Below are positions 12,301 to 22,442 of a stretch of 64,000 nt of DNA, piece after piece. Numbering within the stretch: position 1 is the first letter of the stretch; every line of letters begins with the position of its first letter. Source of the stretch: Phoronis australis (lineage: Eukaryota > Animalia > Phoronida); contig NMRA01000135.1 in assembly GCA_002633005.1 (NCBI GenBank), positions 828,649 through 892,648 on the forward strand, written 5' to 3'. The position numbers and the translations under genes were made by a program. Under the pieces are notes generated by a model that searched no databases, was not told the origin of the DNA, and worked only from the letters and a program-made list of their open reading frames with translations.

Positions 12301-15214
12301 CAGCAAATGGGAAGTTTCACCAGTGCAGTCTCGTTAAACTTCTTATCTGCCTTCTTAACGCCGTCCCAAAACCAGAAGGTAGATATTTCTGCCTGCTTAC
12401 ATTGGGATGGCTAGTACACTCCATCGATTGATGCGACTGTCTTGTGGTTAGGAATCTTTTTTGTTGCCCATGGGGATCCCACGTGCTGGCCATAATATTA
12501 ACATTTACCATGACAATTACTCGTGAGATGGCAATCATCCCGACACTATTGCAAAGGTTTAACACGGCGGCTCATCTGCCTTTCGATCAGATGCCGACGA
12601 TCTCTCTGTAGCTGCCTTCTTATAAAAAAATCAAATCTGAACGCGGTCTGAAACTGGCCAAAAAGAATTCCCTCGCGGTGAAGTCTTAATATTATTGCAC
12701 GATTACCGTCACTGTAGTTAGGATGACTTTAAGAAGAGCTTAGAAATATGTACAAGCTGTTGGTAATACGAAATTTCTCACAAAAGTGGAAACGGTCTAC
12801 TCCAAACAGACTCTGTCGTTGAATTAACGGTCCATGCCAGAGGCTTTTCTATTGTGCTGCTAAGACCACTTAATCGGGTTTGGAAGGCAAATGTCAATGG
12901 CTATTTCTCGTTAAGCAGTCAACAGCTGACAAGTTTCTGAAGCCTCACTTAAGGATTTTTCTTAATCTATTGACTTCGCAGTTTATCTCGCGCGAATAGT
13001 TTCAATTACGTTTGAATTACTTCCTTACACAAGTGCAATACTTTCAGTTTCAAACAGCTACACTCTCATCTTGCTGTTTCGACTTAAATGCTGTTCTTGT
13101 TTTCATCTAACAAGCTGTTTTCTCACACGTAAATCTGCTTACTGAAATATTTTGGAAGTGAAAAATACGTTTGGAAAACATGTTCTAGTCCATGTGTGTA
13201 TGTACGTACATTACTCAGTTCTATATCAGGTGCTTCCCTCAAGAAAAAGCGGGGGTATGGTCAGCGGGTATACCAGCAAATTTTTACTTTACAAGGACAC
13301 ACTCCTGGCTTGATTCGAGACGTTCATAGCTTCACACCGCCGATTTGGATTTTTGTAAATCAGTGCCCGGGGTCCAATTTTGTACTCGCAATCAAGTTCG
13401 AAATTATTTTTCATAAATTTCTTTTTGCATTGTACTTTCGATTTGAAGATAAGAGTCTATTACTATTTGATCGTGTGAATGTCTGCCTAGCCGGAACTTC
13501 ATTTTCTTGGACTAAATCCTGGAATCAGAACTCAAAATGTCAAGCTTTCATTCGAGTTTGTAGCTCAAATCTAGAGGTCACCAAGCGCAAACTTGCAAAA
13601 TGTGTAATGTACTAGAGCACGCAACCATAAACGCTTACCTGGAGTTCGGACAAAAGCAGACCGAAACGAAAACATTAAAAATGATTTCGGTTTCGAAATT
13701 CCATTTCTGAACTCGAATTCGAACTGTTCGTTTTAACATTTTCTCAAAATAAATGTTTTCCGTTTTGTACACGAACACATTAGGCCTATGAGTTATATGC
13801 AAATGAGATTAATTATAAAATAATCCAGACCCATTTGAGCTGACTCCCAACACTCAAGCAATATTTCCAAGTTCAGTTGAATAAAAAATTTCCAGTTAAA
13901 GCTTGAGTTCGTAGCTTGAATTTCGGGTCCACGCTCAAGGACAAACATTTTGGACAATGTCACGAACAGGAAGGACCGATTGGTCAAGTTGCCCAGATCC
14001 GGTTTTTAATCGACTCTCGGCTTTAGATTTTTTCTGGCTTGCCAGATACTGCCTCCAAAATGTCAGAGTTTTGTCTTCTGCAAAATTACAGTAATCAGAC
14101 TGCCGGTCATCTAAAAATTTCGCCTCATTAATTTGCGCTTTCGATAATTATCCAGGAGTTGTACTCTTCCCTGCGCGTTATTTGTTCACACACTTTAACT
14201 CCACTATACAGTGGCACATCTTATTCTAAACAAGTTGTCGACATGCTAATGATTTCTCGAGTGTCGAATAAGACTTAAGTCAAAGAAATCAAACACGTTT
14301 GTCAATGATGTGGGTTAGTTAATTAGTGTCTCTAACTTTTGTCAAGACGCTTTCGAGAGTAGCGTTCCAGTAATTAGTTGTAGAATGAATAACTGTGCAT
14401 TGCCACACGAATAAAAGGAAAGCTCAGCTTTACCTTAAATCTGAAAAAATAGAAAATCTTGTCATATCCGTGTAAATTCGTATGATCGGGAATACTTTAA
14501 CAAGTAGTTTTGTGTAGTCGCCATAGTTATTATAATAAAAGGTACAAAGGTAACCAGACAGTCGTGAAGGATACATGTACGTGTACTCGCTAAATGTTCA
14601 GTAACTGGTACATACGTTTTTTTACCAGGATTGTCGTTGTTTTTGTTGTTAAGTAATATATAAGGACACATTATGTGACAACCGTTTTATGTTAAAAAGC
14701 AAAATGAAATATCTAGCCTTTTAAGATAAAGTGAAAGTTTCAGTTGTTCAACGAGACTAAGTTATAGAGAATGTATCAACATTTTAAAGCTAAATGTTAA
14801 ACTTAAACTTGTCTCAGTTGGCAAGCCCGTAATGACGTGATCTACTATATATTGTAATTGCTTAACTTACCAAACGCAGACGACATTGGCAAACATAAGC
14901 TTTTATCAGTAAAAGTTAAATACAAAATGAAAACTATTCGTTTGCAGGGCTACATATGTTTAGTTGTCTTTTTGTTTGCTCTAAAAGGATAAAGTCAGCT
15001 TCGGGCAGTGGTCTGCATAACAAATCTACAGAAAACACTGCAGTTGTACATGTAAGTATCGACACAATACAGTTAAACACATAACATCAATTAAGCACTT
15101 AGAATATAATAGTTATAAAGTTCACAGGAAAATTATAAACATTCCTATTACGTTAAGGGACACATAAAACTGAATAATTATAAGGAGCAAGCAGGGCGCC
15201 TCTGACTTACCCAT
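6098..15214 (-). CDS. dsf: NR2E-family nuclear receptor, dissatisfaction (dsf)-like. Exons 15211-15214, 10352-10432, 9677-9838, 8683-8882, 7842-8039, 6716-6962, 6098-6360; 1155 nt, ~384 aa
   Basis: Spliced translation [94 protein letters not shown]... has a C4 DBD with the NR2E P-box CDGCSG, plus GDRLLDIPC and [10 protein letters not shown], which I recall from Drosophila dsf. LBD motifs: W..HVPSF..L...[40 protein letters not shown]. All introns are GT-AG with matching phases. Confidence 0.92.
6716..6962 (-). CDS. dsf: dsf-like exon 6: LBD middle
   Basis: ttttag|CTT ACT CTG CTA GAA...CCA G|gtaagt encodes [19 protein letters not shown]...[13 protein letters not shown]. Confidence 0.93.
7842..8039 (-). 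CDS. dsf: dsf-like exon 5: LBD helix 3-4
   Basis: ttgcag|GAA AAT CCA...GAC CAG|gtaaat encodes [32 protein letters not shown]. Confidence 0.92.
8683..8882 (-). CDS. dsf: dsf-like exon 4: T-box and hinge
   Basis: cccag|CT GTG CAA CAC...TTC CAG|gtagga encodes [12 protein letters not shown]...AEHFQ (ORF 8665-8880). Confidence 0.9.
9677..9838 (-). CDS. dsf: dsf-like exon 3: P-box end and second zinc finger
   Basis: cgcag|GG TGT TCC GGT TTC...AAA GAT G|gtgagg encodes [11 protein letters not shown]...[27 protein letters not shown]. Confidence 0.95.
10352..10432 (-). CDS. dsf: dsf-like exon 2: first zinc finger
   Basis: ttccatag|GT GAT CGA CTG...TGT GAC G|gtaagc encodes [26 protein letters not shown]. 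Too short for the ORF track. Confidence 0.95.
13365..13740. mobile_element. Diverged relative of the 23219 MITE in dsf intron 1
   Basis: Shares GCCCGGGGTCCAATTTTGTACTCG and TTCGAGTTTGTAGC...AAACTTG blocks with it. Right boundary uncertain. Confidence 0.5.
15211..15214 (-). CDS. dsf: dsf-like candidate first coding exon (ATG G only)
   Basis: Minus strand reads accataATGG|gtaagt, a consensus donor. Phase 1 matches the next exon (G|GT GAT CGA). A TATA box lies ~85 nt upstream. Confidence 0.65.
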
Positions 15215-15267
15215 TATGGTCGTCTCACAGCTAGGAAGCCAACAGTTCCTTGGGATTACAATGTAAA

Positions 15268-15380
15268 CACTGCCGGGCCGCTTTTAGGTCGACCGAGTTT
15301 TATAGCATGGGAAACAAAACAAGTGGTCGAAGCCAATAATCCCTTATGATCGCCTACTGCATACCAACTATTGGTATCGA
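15268..15380 (-). promoter_or_regulatory. Candidate dsf core promoter (TATA, Inr-like, CCAAT)
   Basis: TATAAAA on the minus strand at 15304-15298 and CAGT Inr-like ~33 nt downstream (15272-15269). CCAAT boxes lie near 15334 and 15371. There is no upstream ATG before 15214. Confidence 0.5.
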
Positions 15381-16396
15381 TTTAAGGCCTGATAGTTTTT
15401 CAATGTAACTTAATATTGACACCAAAGACATTTATCTTTTTCATCAGCCGCTCTCCAGAATAGTTGCCGCAAAAGGCAGACGACGAGAGTAGGCAGATTT
15501 TCTACCAAAATGAGACCCGAGGAGCCCAGCACAGCTCATGGTGGATGAGTATCTCATCGCTTTTCACAGTTGTGGGTGTGCATATGGACAAGCGTCGTCC
15601 CACAAAGTTGCCGATGCACGCGCACATTAGATGGAGTAACTGAAAAGGAGACCAGTTTTGTTTCAGAATCAAAGGCGGATACAGTTTTTTACGACAAAAG
15701 GAGATCCAAGTAAAACGACAGGTTTCTGAAGAAAATTCTACATCAGACACAATGAGTAGAAAACCGGCAATGAAGTTTAGTGTCGTGATTTCTGCGTCCA
15801 GCGGCCTATACTCATGAGCAAACAATATAAATTTTCTACTGATTTTCCCGTAGTTTTATTTGTACTTTGGCTAGTGATCCAGTCTAAATTTGTGCATGAT
15901 GATCAGTAGATTCGAGCTACACACGCGGAAAAAACGCAAGATTCCTAGTTCAGACTCGAAATCGTGCATTTAATGCTGGGGACACTAAGTGCAAAATAAG
16001 CCGATCCGTGTAAACCATGATGTATTCAAGCAGAGAATAATGGATACTTATCAAGAGTTCACAGAAAGTAAAACAGAAAAAGATAAAAATAATTTCGAGT
16101 TTTATTTCCGTTGTAAGGTTTACTGAGACCCCAGGTTCAGCCGGTAATTTAACGTTCCCTGTCACCTGTCAACAAAGGCCCAAGTCCACAAATTTTACCC
16201 AAATCTTTCCTGAAAATATCAGTCCATTTTGAGCATGTATGTATGGTATTTAACGTCGTTTCGGAAACTCTGTAGAAAAGGACCTTATGACATTAACCGT
16301 TTCAATCGATAAAACAATGCTTCTGTTTTGCGGAGTTACTATATGGACCAAATTTTACAGTGGTCAAATTTCTGCAGCTTTCACAGTGGAGAATAA

Positions 16397-16554
16397 GGGG
16401 GTGGCGGATTTAGGGGGTCAAGGGGGCCGTGGCCCCCCTAAAATTCTCCCAGTTTCCATTTAGCAGCTCGGGGATGCGAATGTCCGACTGGTAAAATCTG
16501 GTATAATATTCCGCCTTGCCCTCCCCCCAACTCAAAATCCTGGACCCGCCCTTG
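16397..16554. mobile_element. hAT-like MITE, family A
   Basis: GGCGGATTTAGGGGG...AAAATCCTGGACCCGCCC; homologous to the copies at 29819, 30680 and 56694. Confidence 0.7.
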
Positions 16555-19500
16555 TAAAGTATAACGTTTCAAAGTAAAATCCTCATTCGACATTATGCTT
16601 TATTGAACAAATATTTTGCAAAACCATACTCCTAATAAACACATTACTAGGGTGTAAACAAAGGCTGTTACATGTACATGTACGCTGTGGTCGTGAAACA
16701 ACGAATTTCAGTTAGAAGAGCGTAGTGAGAACTAAGCGCAACCGCATATGTTCAACAGGGGACGCTAGTGTACTCCACAGTGTCCCACCTTCTGTCGTTA
16801 CAGTATTGCGGCCCGACGACCGGTTGCCATCGATTTCGCGGATCGAAAGCTCTTTCCACCACGTCCTGGAAAGTTTCTGTTAGTTGAACATTCAGTACTG
16901 TACCTCTTGTCCTCCGTTGCTACGCCAGTGGTACTGAGCGACTCTATGATGTCACGGTGGTCGATCCAGAGTCAAGGAATACCGCCAATCCAAAACAGGG
17001 TCAAATATTCTTACGCCAGATTAAGTACTTTAATAAGCACCAAGCATCAAAAGAAAGCTCCTAGAAGTCTTGTATACTCCTTGAATAATTAATGGATTGT
17101 CAATATGTAAAATCACCCAGTGACAAAAAGTAATTTTCTGCATTAATTAGACTTTATTGACATGCTATTGACAGCTTAGCACGTTCAAAGTTGACCGCAG
17201 TTACCAGCCTGGATCCAAGTCATCAACGAGACAAAAGTCAAATAGAAAATCTATTAACTTAAGTGTGTGGGTATGAATGGATCTCTCGGAATGTTTGAAA
17301 TTTCCAGGTGAGACACCGACAGAACAATTGGTCAAGCGAAGGTTAATAGACAAATCACAACGACTATAGTCGTCATCGATTACTCTTGATTCTCAAAAGG
17401 TGAACGGATACGCACCCGAATCACCAAAACGACCAATTGAACAACCAGAATTAATAGTTTTGGTACATATGTCGAACATCACTTTCTTATATTAAAAACA
17501 GTTTTGTCTATGATCGTTATAGTAATTGCTGGTAAAATGTTACTGGATGAGTTCAAGGGGGAAATTTCTACTACACAAACATCTACAAGCTCTTGACGGT
17601 GAGACCTGAATATGTCCGTGGATCACTTGTACTCATATGAAATAATCATATATTGATTATCTTATCGTGACTTCGGTATTCATTAGTAGTCCAGATATTA
17701 CCCAAGTTAACCTGCCACTAATTTTAATAGAATTTACATAAACGGTTAGCGACACAGAAATGCTTGCTTTTTCTAACAAAAAATCAATTGAGGAGAAGTT
17801 GCGAAAAACGACGTTTTTATATTACGGGGGTTCTCCACAGTCTTAATTCATCCTTGATTTTTTTTAATTTTCATATTTTGTTTTTTGGTCTTTATCTTCT
17901 ACATAAGAGCAAAAAATAATGGAGGTCACCGAATTAGTTTCTGTTACATCCCTCTAAACAAATGCATCTCCGGCAAAGACGTGGCATTTAAATGGGTTGC
18001 TGGAAAACCACCTCTAATTAAATTAGTGATTGAAATCCTTTTGTTGTACTTTGTCAGTTTTATGTATGACGTTTTTAATAATATATCCCGGTTTGCTAAT
18101 TTTCTTACGTCGTCGCAGGCAAATGTCTAAACTTTTTATGGATTTTGAATACCCCAAATTTTAAAAAGCGCTTTGACTTTTACACAAACAATTACACACT
18201 TAAATTTTCTATTATGTTTTTGATACCTATGTTTTTTTCAATGAAATAATATAAATAGGGGACCATTGACTTCAACTTTGAGCTATTTTAGCACAAACAG
18301 CGTCATTTAAGAATGTGTACAGTTTGATCTTCTGAAAAGCGCGCCAATTTCAAGATCACCTGCCCAGCTGCATTTCACTGAATGGCGATGGGGATTGTGA
18401 TATAAGTTGAGTTGATGTGAGCAATCTAAGACAAGAAGTTTCTTCTAATAAATCCAAAACTGCGGTTCGATTTAAATCTCACCTAGTGTCTTACGTCGCC
18501 TGTTGTTTAGTATGACGTCATTGTGAAACTTGATGACGCACGTTGGTTTGTTTAGTATGACGTCATTTCGACGTTTGGGACCCAGTAAAATAAAATACCA
18601 ACATTGAAAATAATAACAATTAGGCCAGATTTACGTAGTGCCATAAATTAGTAAGCATTTTGAAATTATTACCTGACTATAAACCTGGTCAATCGTAATC
18701 TTTAACTTCCCAGGAGTATACGGCTGGGGGAAACCGTTGTCGGAGCACATCCTCAATTTTGTAAAAACACCACTGCTTTCCTGAATCGGAAAAAATCACA
18801 TACCTGCAAAATTTCTGAATTATTTGTTGATACAAATCGCGTCATATTAGTAGCGGAGAGGTCATCACTAAACATCCGAATTATTAATCGCCAAATAACA
18901 AAATAATCAAAGCAAAATCAATAGTTTTCATGAGATAGTCAATGTCGTAAAATAACGCTGGTTTACGACTATTGGAAAACTGTGTCAAATTCCCTAAGGG
19001 GGCACAGAACTGTTCTCACCGGGGCTTGCCTATCATAACACACGTCAATGGACTCTTCACCTTTTTTTCACCCTACTGCGTGCAAAGAAACAAAAGTTTT
19101 GAGTCATTTCACATCACAAGCCCTACAGATGAGCACAGAAACTTTATTCTCTGTTGTAATTTTGACCCTTTCACTCCCACTGAAAACTAAGCTAGACTAA
19201 GAAAAATATGGGCAAAAAACTCAAAATCGGCATAGTTTACCTCAAAACCACCACTTTCCTGCCGATGCTCGACTAAAGCCAACATTAAATTCCGAAAGCA
19301 AACTTCCTACCAATTCCAAATTGTGGTCTAAAAGTAGTCAACCAACTAGTTTTTCTGAAAGTTTGGCTTGTTTGAGGGCTACCTGAAATCATGGCCAATT
19401 TCTCAGTTGCTACCCAGCAATGCACAATTGCAACAAAGGGCCGCCATCTTGAAGATGAGTGCAGGTACAGCCAAGGGAGTGGTATTTTTTCATTCTCAAC

Positions 19501-20372
19501 ATGTTCACAAATACAAACAAACCACATTCACTTGGCCTACATATAATACCTGGCCTACCCTTAGATTTTAATATTTTGGGAGTGCAAATTTGCCGCGGCC
19601 GCAGTCTAACTGTTCAACGCCACCTAAGCATTTTTGGGGTTTCATAACGACTGAACGATCGCACTTCTAATTCCATAATGGAAAAACGCAGTAACTCGTA
19701 TAATTTGAGGCTCCTGTCACTGGCTGAAACTAGCTGATAGTTGCTGGACTCAAACTTGACGAATAATTTTGTACGTTACACATCCAAACATTTATCCGGG
19801 TACAGTCGCCATTGTTTTGTTTACATCAAAGGTCAAAGGTCACACTTTCCATATAAGGAAAATGTAGGACAAAAATCGAAGAAAGTTCACTGGTCGTTTT
19901 TTGTAATTTAAAACTAAAATAAAATTGCTTTGAATTCAATAGAAATTCAAAATCTTTACGAACAAATCGTAAAAATGCCTGGTCACAGGTTGAATTAAGT
20001 TTCAGTAGCAGACAACCTTTTTGAATAGGGTTGTTAAAAAAACCTCGACTCCCACACGCCACAACCCCTTCGACCCACGACCCCCTCGACCAACGGCCCA
20101 CAACCCCTCAACCCAGTCTACACAAGCTCGACCGGATCTGAACATAGCACAAGTGCTGACTTGCAAGACCAATGAGTCGAGATGTGAGCTCAGCTGGCTT
20201 TTTTTGCAATTAAGAGAGTCGATTCGGCAAGTTTGAAAGCCAAAAACAGAAAAAAAAACAACGCGATCAAATCAAAGACCTACCAACCTTACAAATGTCG
20301 TTCCCGGCATAGTATAATCGTCTCGTCTGCTCTTCAGTGAATGACAGATTCAAGTTATAAGAAGTAAGTTAT

Positions 20373-20677
20373 TGTAGCAAATGTCGAGGTCAGTCTCGGC
20401 TGTGGCGTCTCTATGTTGTGATGTCCTTTTCGTGGCAATGTTGGTCATGGCCTGGTGCGACATCTGACGCCAGAAGAGCCCAGCCGAGGTCACCCTGCTA
20501 TCATGTGACCGTCACCCTTCAAGACCACGTGACAAGATCTTCTGGCTCTTCTGGAGTTCGCTGCCGTCCTGTACGGACGTAATGTGAGTATACTCCGGAC
20601 TTTGCTCTTGCACCGCGTTAATAGGCCCGAACCTGTGTGTCTGCTTTTGGCCAGCCGACCCCTTTTTTATTACAACA
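20373..20677 (+). repeat. 5' LTR
   Basis: TGTAGCAAATGTCGA...TTATTACAACA. By eye it differs from the 3' copy by about 11 substitutions and 3 single-base indels. Confidence 0.95.
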
Positions 20678-20679
20678 TT

Positions 20680-20693
20680 TGGCGTAGTCGGCA
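20680..20693 (+). promoter_or_regulatory. Primer-binding site complementary to the tRNA-Ser 3' end
   Basis: TGGCGTAGTCGGCA, 2 nt after the 5' LTR, is the reverse complement of the eukaryotic tRNA-Ser end ...TGCCGACTACGCCA. Confidence 0.88.
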
Positions 20694-21006
20694 CCTATTT
20701 CCCGGTGTTGGAGCAGCGTGCGTGTCTTTCGGTGGTGGCGGGAAATAAGTTTTCATAACTTGTTTTCTCGTGCCCATTTTGACAGCCACGTGCGTCACTG
20801 CTTTTGCAGTGCCTGAGTTCAGGTTTACTAGAATTTCAAGCGTTTGTCGTTAGTTTAGTGTCCGTTTTTGTAAATAGGTATTTATTATTGGTATAATAGT
20901 ATATAGTCTGTATTAATTATTTTGTTAGAGTTTTGAACCTTTCTAGGAATTCTAGAATAGGTCACGTGACCACGTGGTTTTCCTAAGACGAAGCCCCGTG
21001 TGTGTT

Positions 21007-22411
21007 ATGTCTTTCCAAGACAGGGTTCCGGTAAACTTCTGTCTTTCCCAAGAGTTATTCAAGCTCTCGGGCATGACAGAAGATATTGCCCAATCCATTC
21101 TGGCTTTTCGGCAAACTCAGCCGATAACCCCAGATAATATTAACCACATCCATTCCGGATGGAGGTTGACGAGGAGTGCTATTTCTGGCATTGATTTCAC
21201 CCAGTATGGTGATGTTCAGTCCAGAGATATCTCTCCTCTGGGTAGTCCTGTACGTACCCGTTTGCCCCAAGACTTAAGTGGTATTGCCCAGGTCTGTGAC
21301 AGGTTAAACAAGTCCCCTGTTAAGAAGGAAGCACTCTTCTTCGCCTGTGCCTGCCCAGAGTTCTGGTAGCCGAACGGTTGGTCCGTCTACCCACACCCGT
21401 CCCTATAGTTTAAGGCCAAATGCCCCGTCTAAGCTAGTGTTTCTAAGGGAAAAAGGCAAATGGGACGACTTTTTTGGAAATTTCAGCGCTTGGCTAAGGA
21501 CAACTTATGGTCCGAAGACAAGTGCGTCTCGGAGTTAGGAATGTGTTTGGACGATGTGGCCTTGCATTTCTTCCTTAACTTCATGAGAACGAACCCAGAC
21601 TCTGGTTTCGATGACGTGGCTGCACACATGTCAGAACATTTTTCTTCGACTGACTGCACCCAGGTCCTACGCGTTGAATTCCAATACGCCGAGCAGAAGC
21701 CGGGGGAATCTATTGAGAACTGGGCGTGTAGGTTAAACAGGTTGTTTTTAAAAGCCTTCCCGAACCCTTCGTTTCTCCCTTGGGTTACGCGATAAGGTTG
21801 TAGGTACGCAGGTGATGAACTCATCCCCTTTGTCCCTAGCTGAGGCAGAGTCTAAAGCTGCGTGGTTCGCAACGACCCAGCGATTGATGGCAAATCAAAA
21901 CCGTCGGTCTGTTTGGTTTGAGGGCTCACCATCGCGCAAAGACGAAGCTTCTGTCAACCTGCTTTCACAGAACAAAAAACCTGCACTTAAATTCAGTCCA
22001 ATAGCATCCTCTGCTTCAAACTCTGCGGTTGAGTCTAGGCTGCATGCTTTAGAGTCTCAGATGGCTAAGGTCAACTCTGAAATAGGAGGTCTTAAAGAAG
22101 ACAATGCCCTTATACATCGAGAAGTTAAAAGTATGTCCCAGACTATGAGTTCGAATTTTAGAGGCTTTGCCTCAGACTTGTCGAGGGTATTAAAATTGTT
22201 GGCTTCTAATCCAAAACCATCTAGATCCCCTCCACTATCTAGGTCCCCCCAAGCTTCCCCACAGAGACCTTCAGTTATGTGTTTTAAGTGTGGTAAGTTT
22301 GGTCACTACCAGTCTGTGTGCCGTAGCCCGCAGTCTGCTAGAATTCGTCGTACATCCTTTGGGGATAAGTCCGATGATTTAAACGAGTTGGCGCTGGACG
22401 ATCAGGTCTAA
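21007..22411 (+). pseudogene. gag: gag, frameshifted: HhH-like N-terminus, capsid-like domain, coiled coil, CCHC zinc knuckle
   Basis: ORFs 20974, 21347, 21460 and 21812 join across ~3 frameshifts. Motifs: KWDDF/FWKFQRLAKDNLWSEDK, FQYAEQKPGESIENWACRL, RFSLGLRDK, and CFKCGKFGHYQSVC at 22280-22321. Confidence 0.85.
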
Positions 22412-22442
22412 CTCCAGTCCAGTCTCCTGATACCAATTGTAG

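Noticed and set aside
14270-18280. Scattered AAGTCA hexamers as NR2E autoregulatory sites
   Set aside because: They are single half-sites at a frequency plausible by chance in AT-rich DNA; no clear AAGTCA direct repeat was seen.
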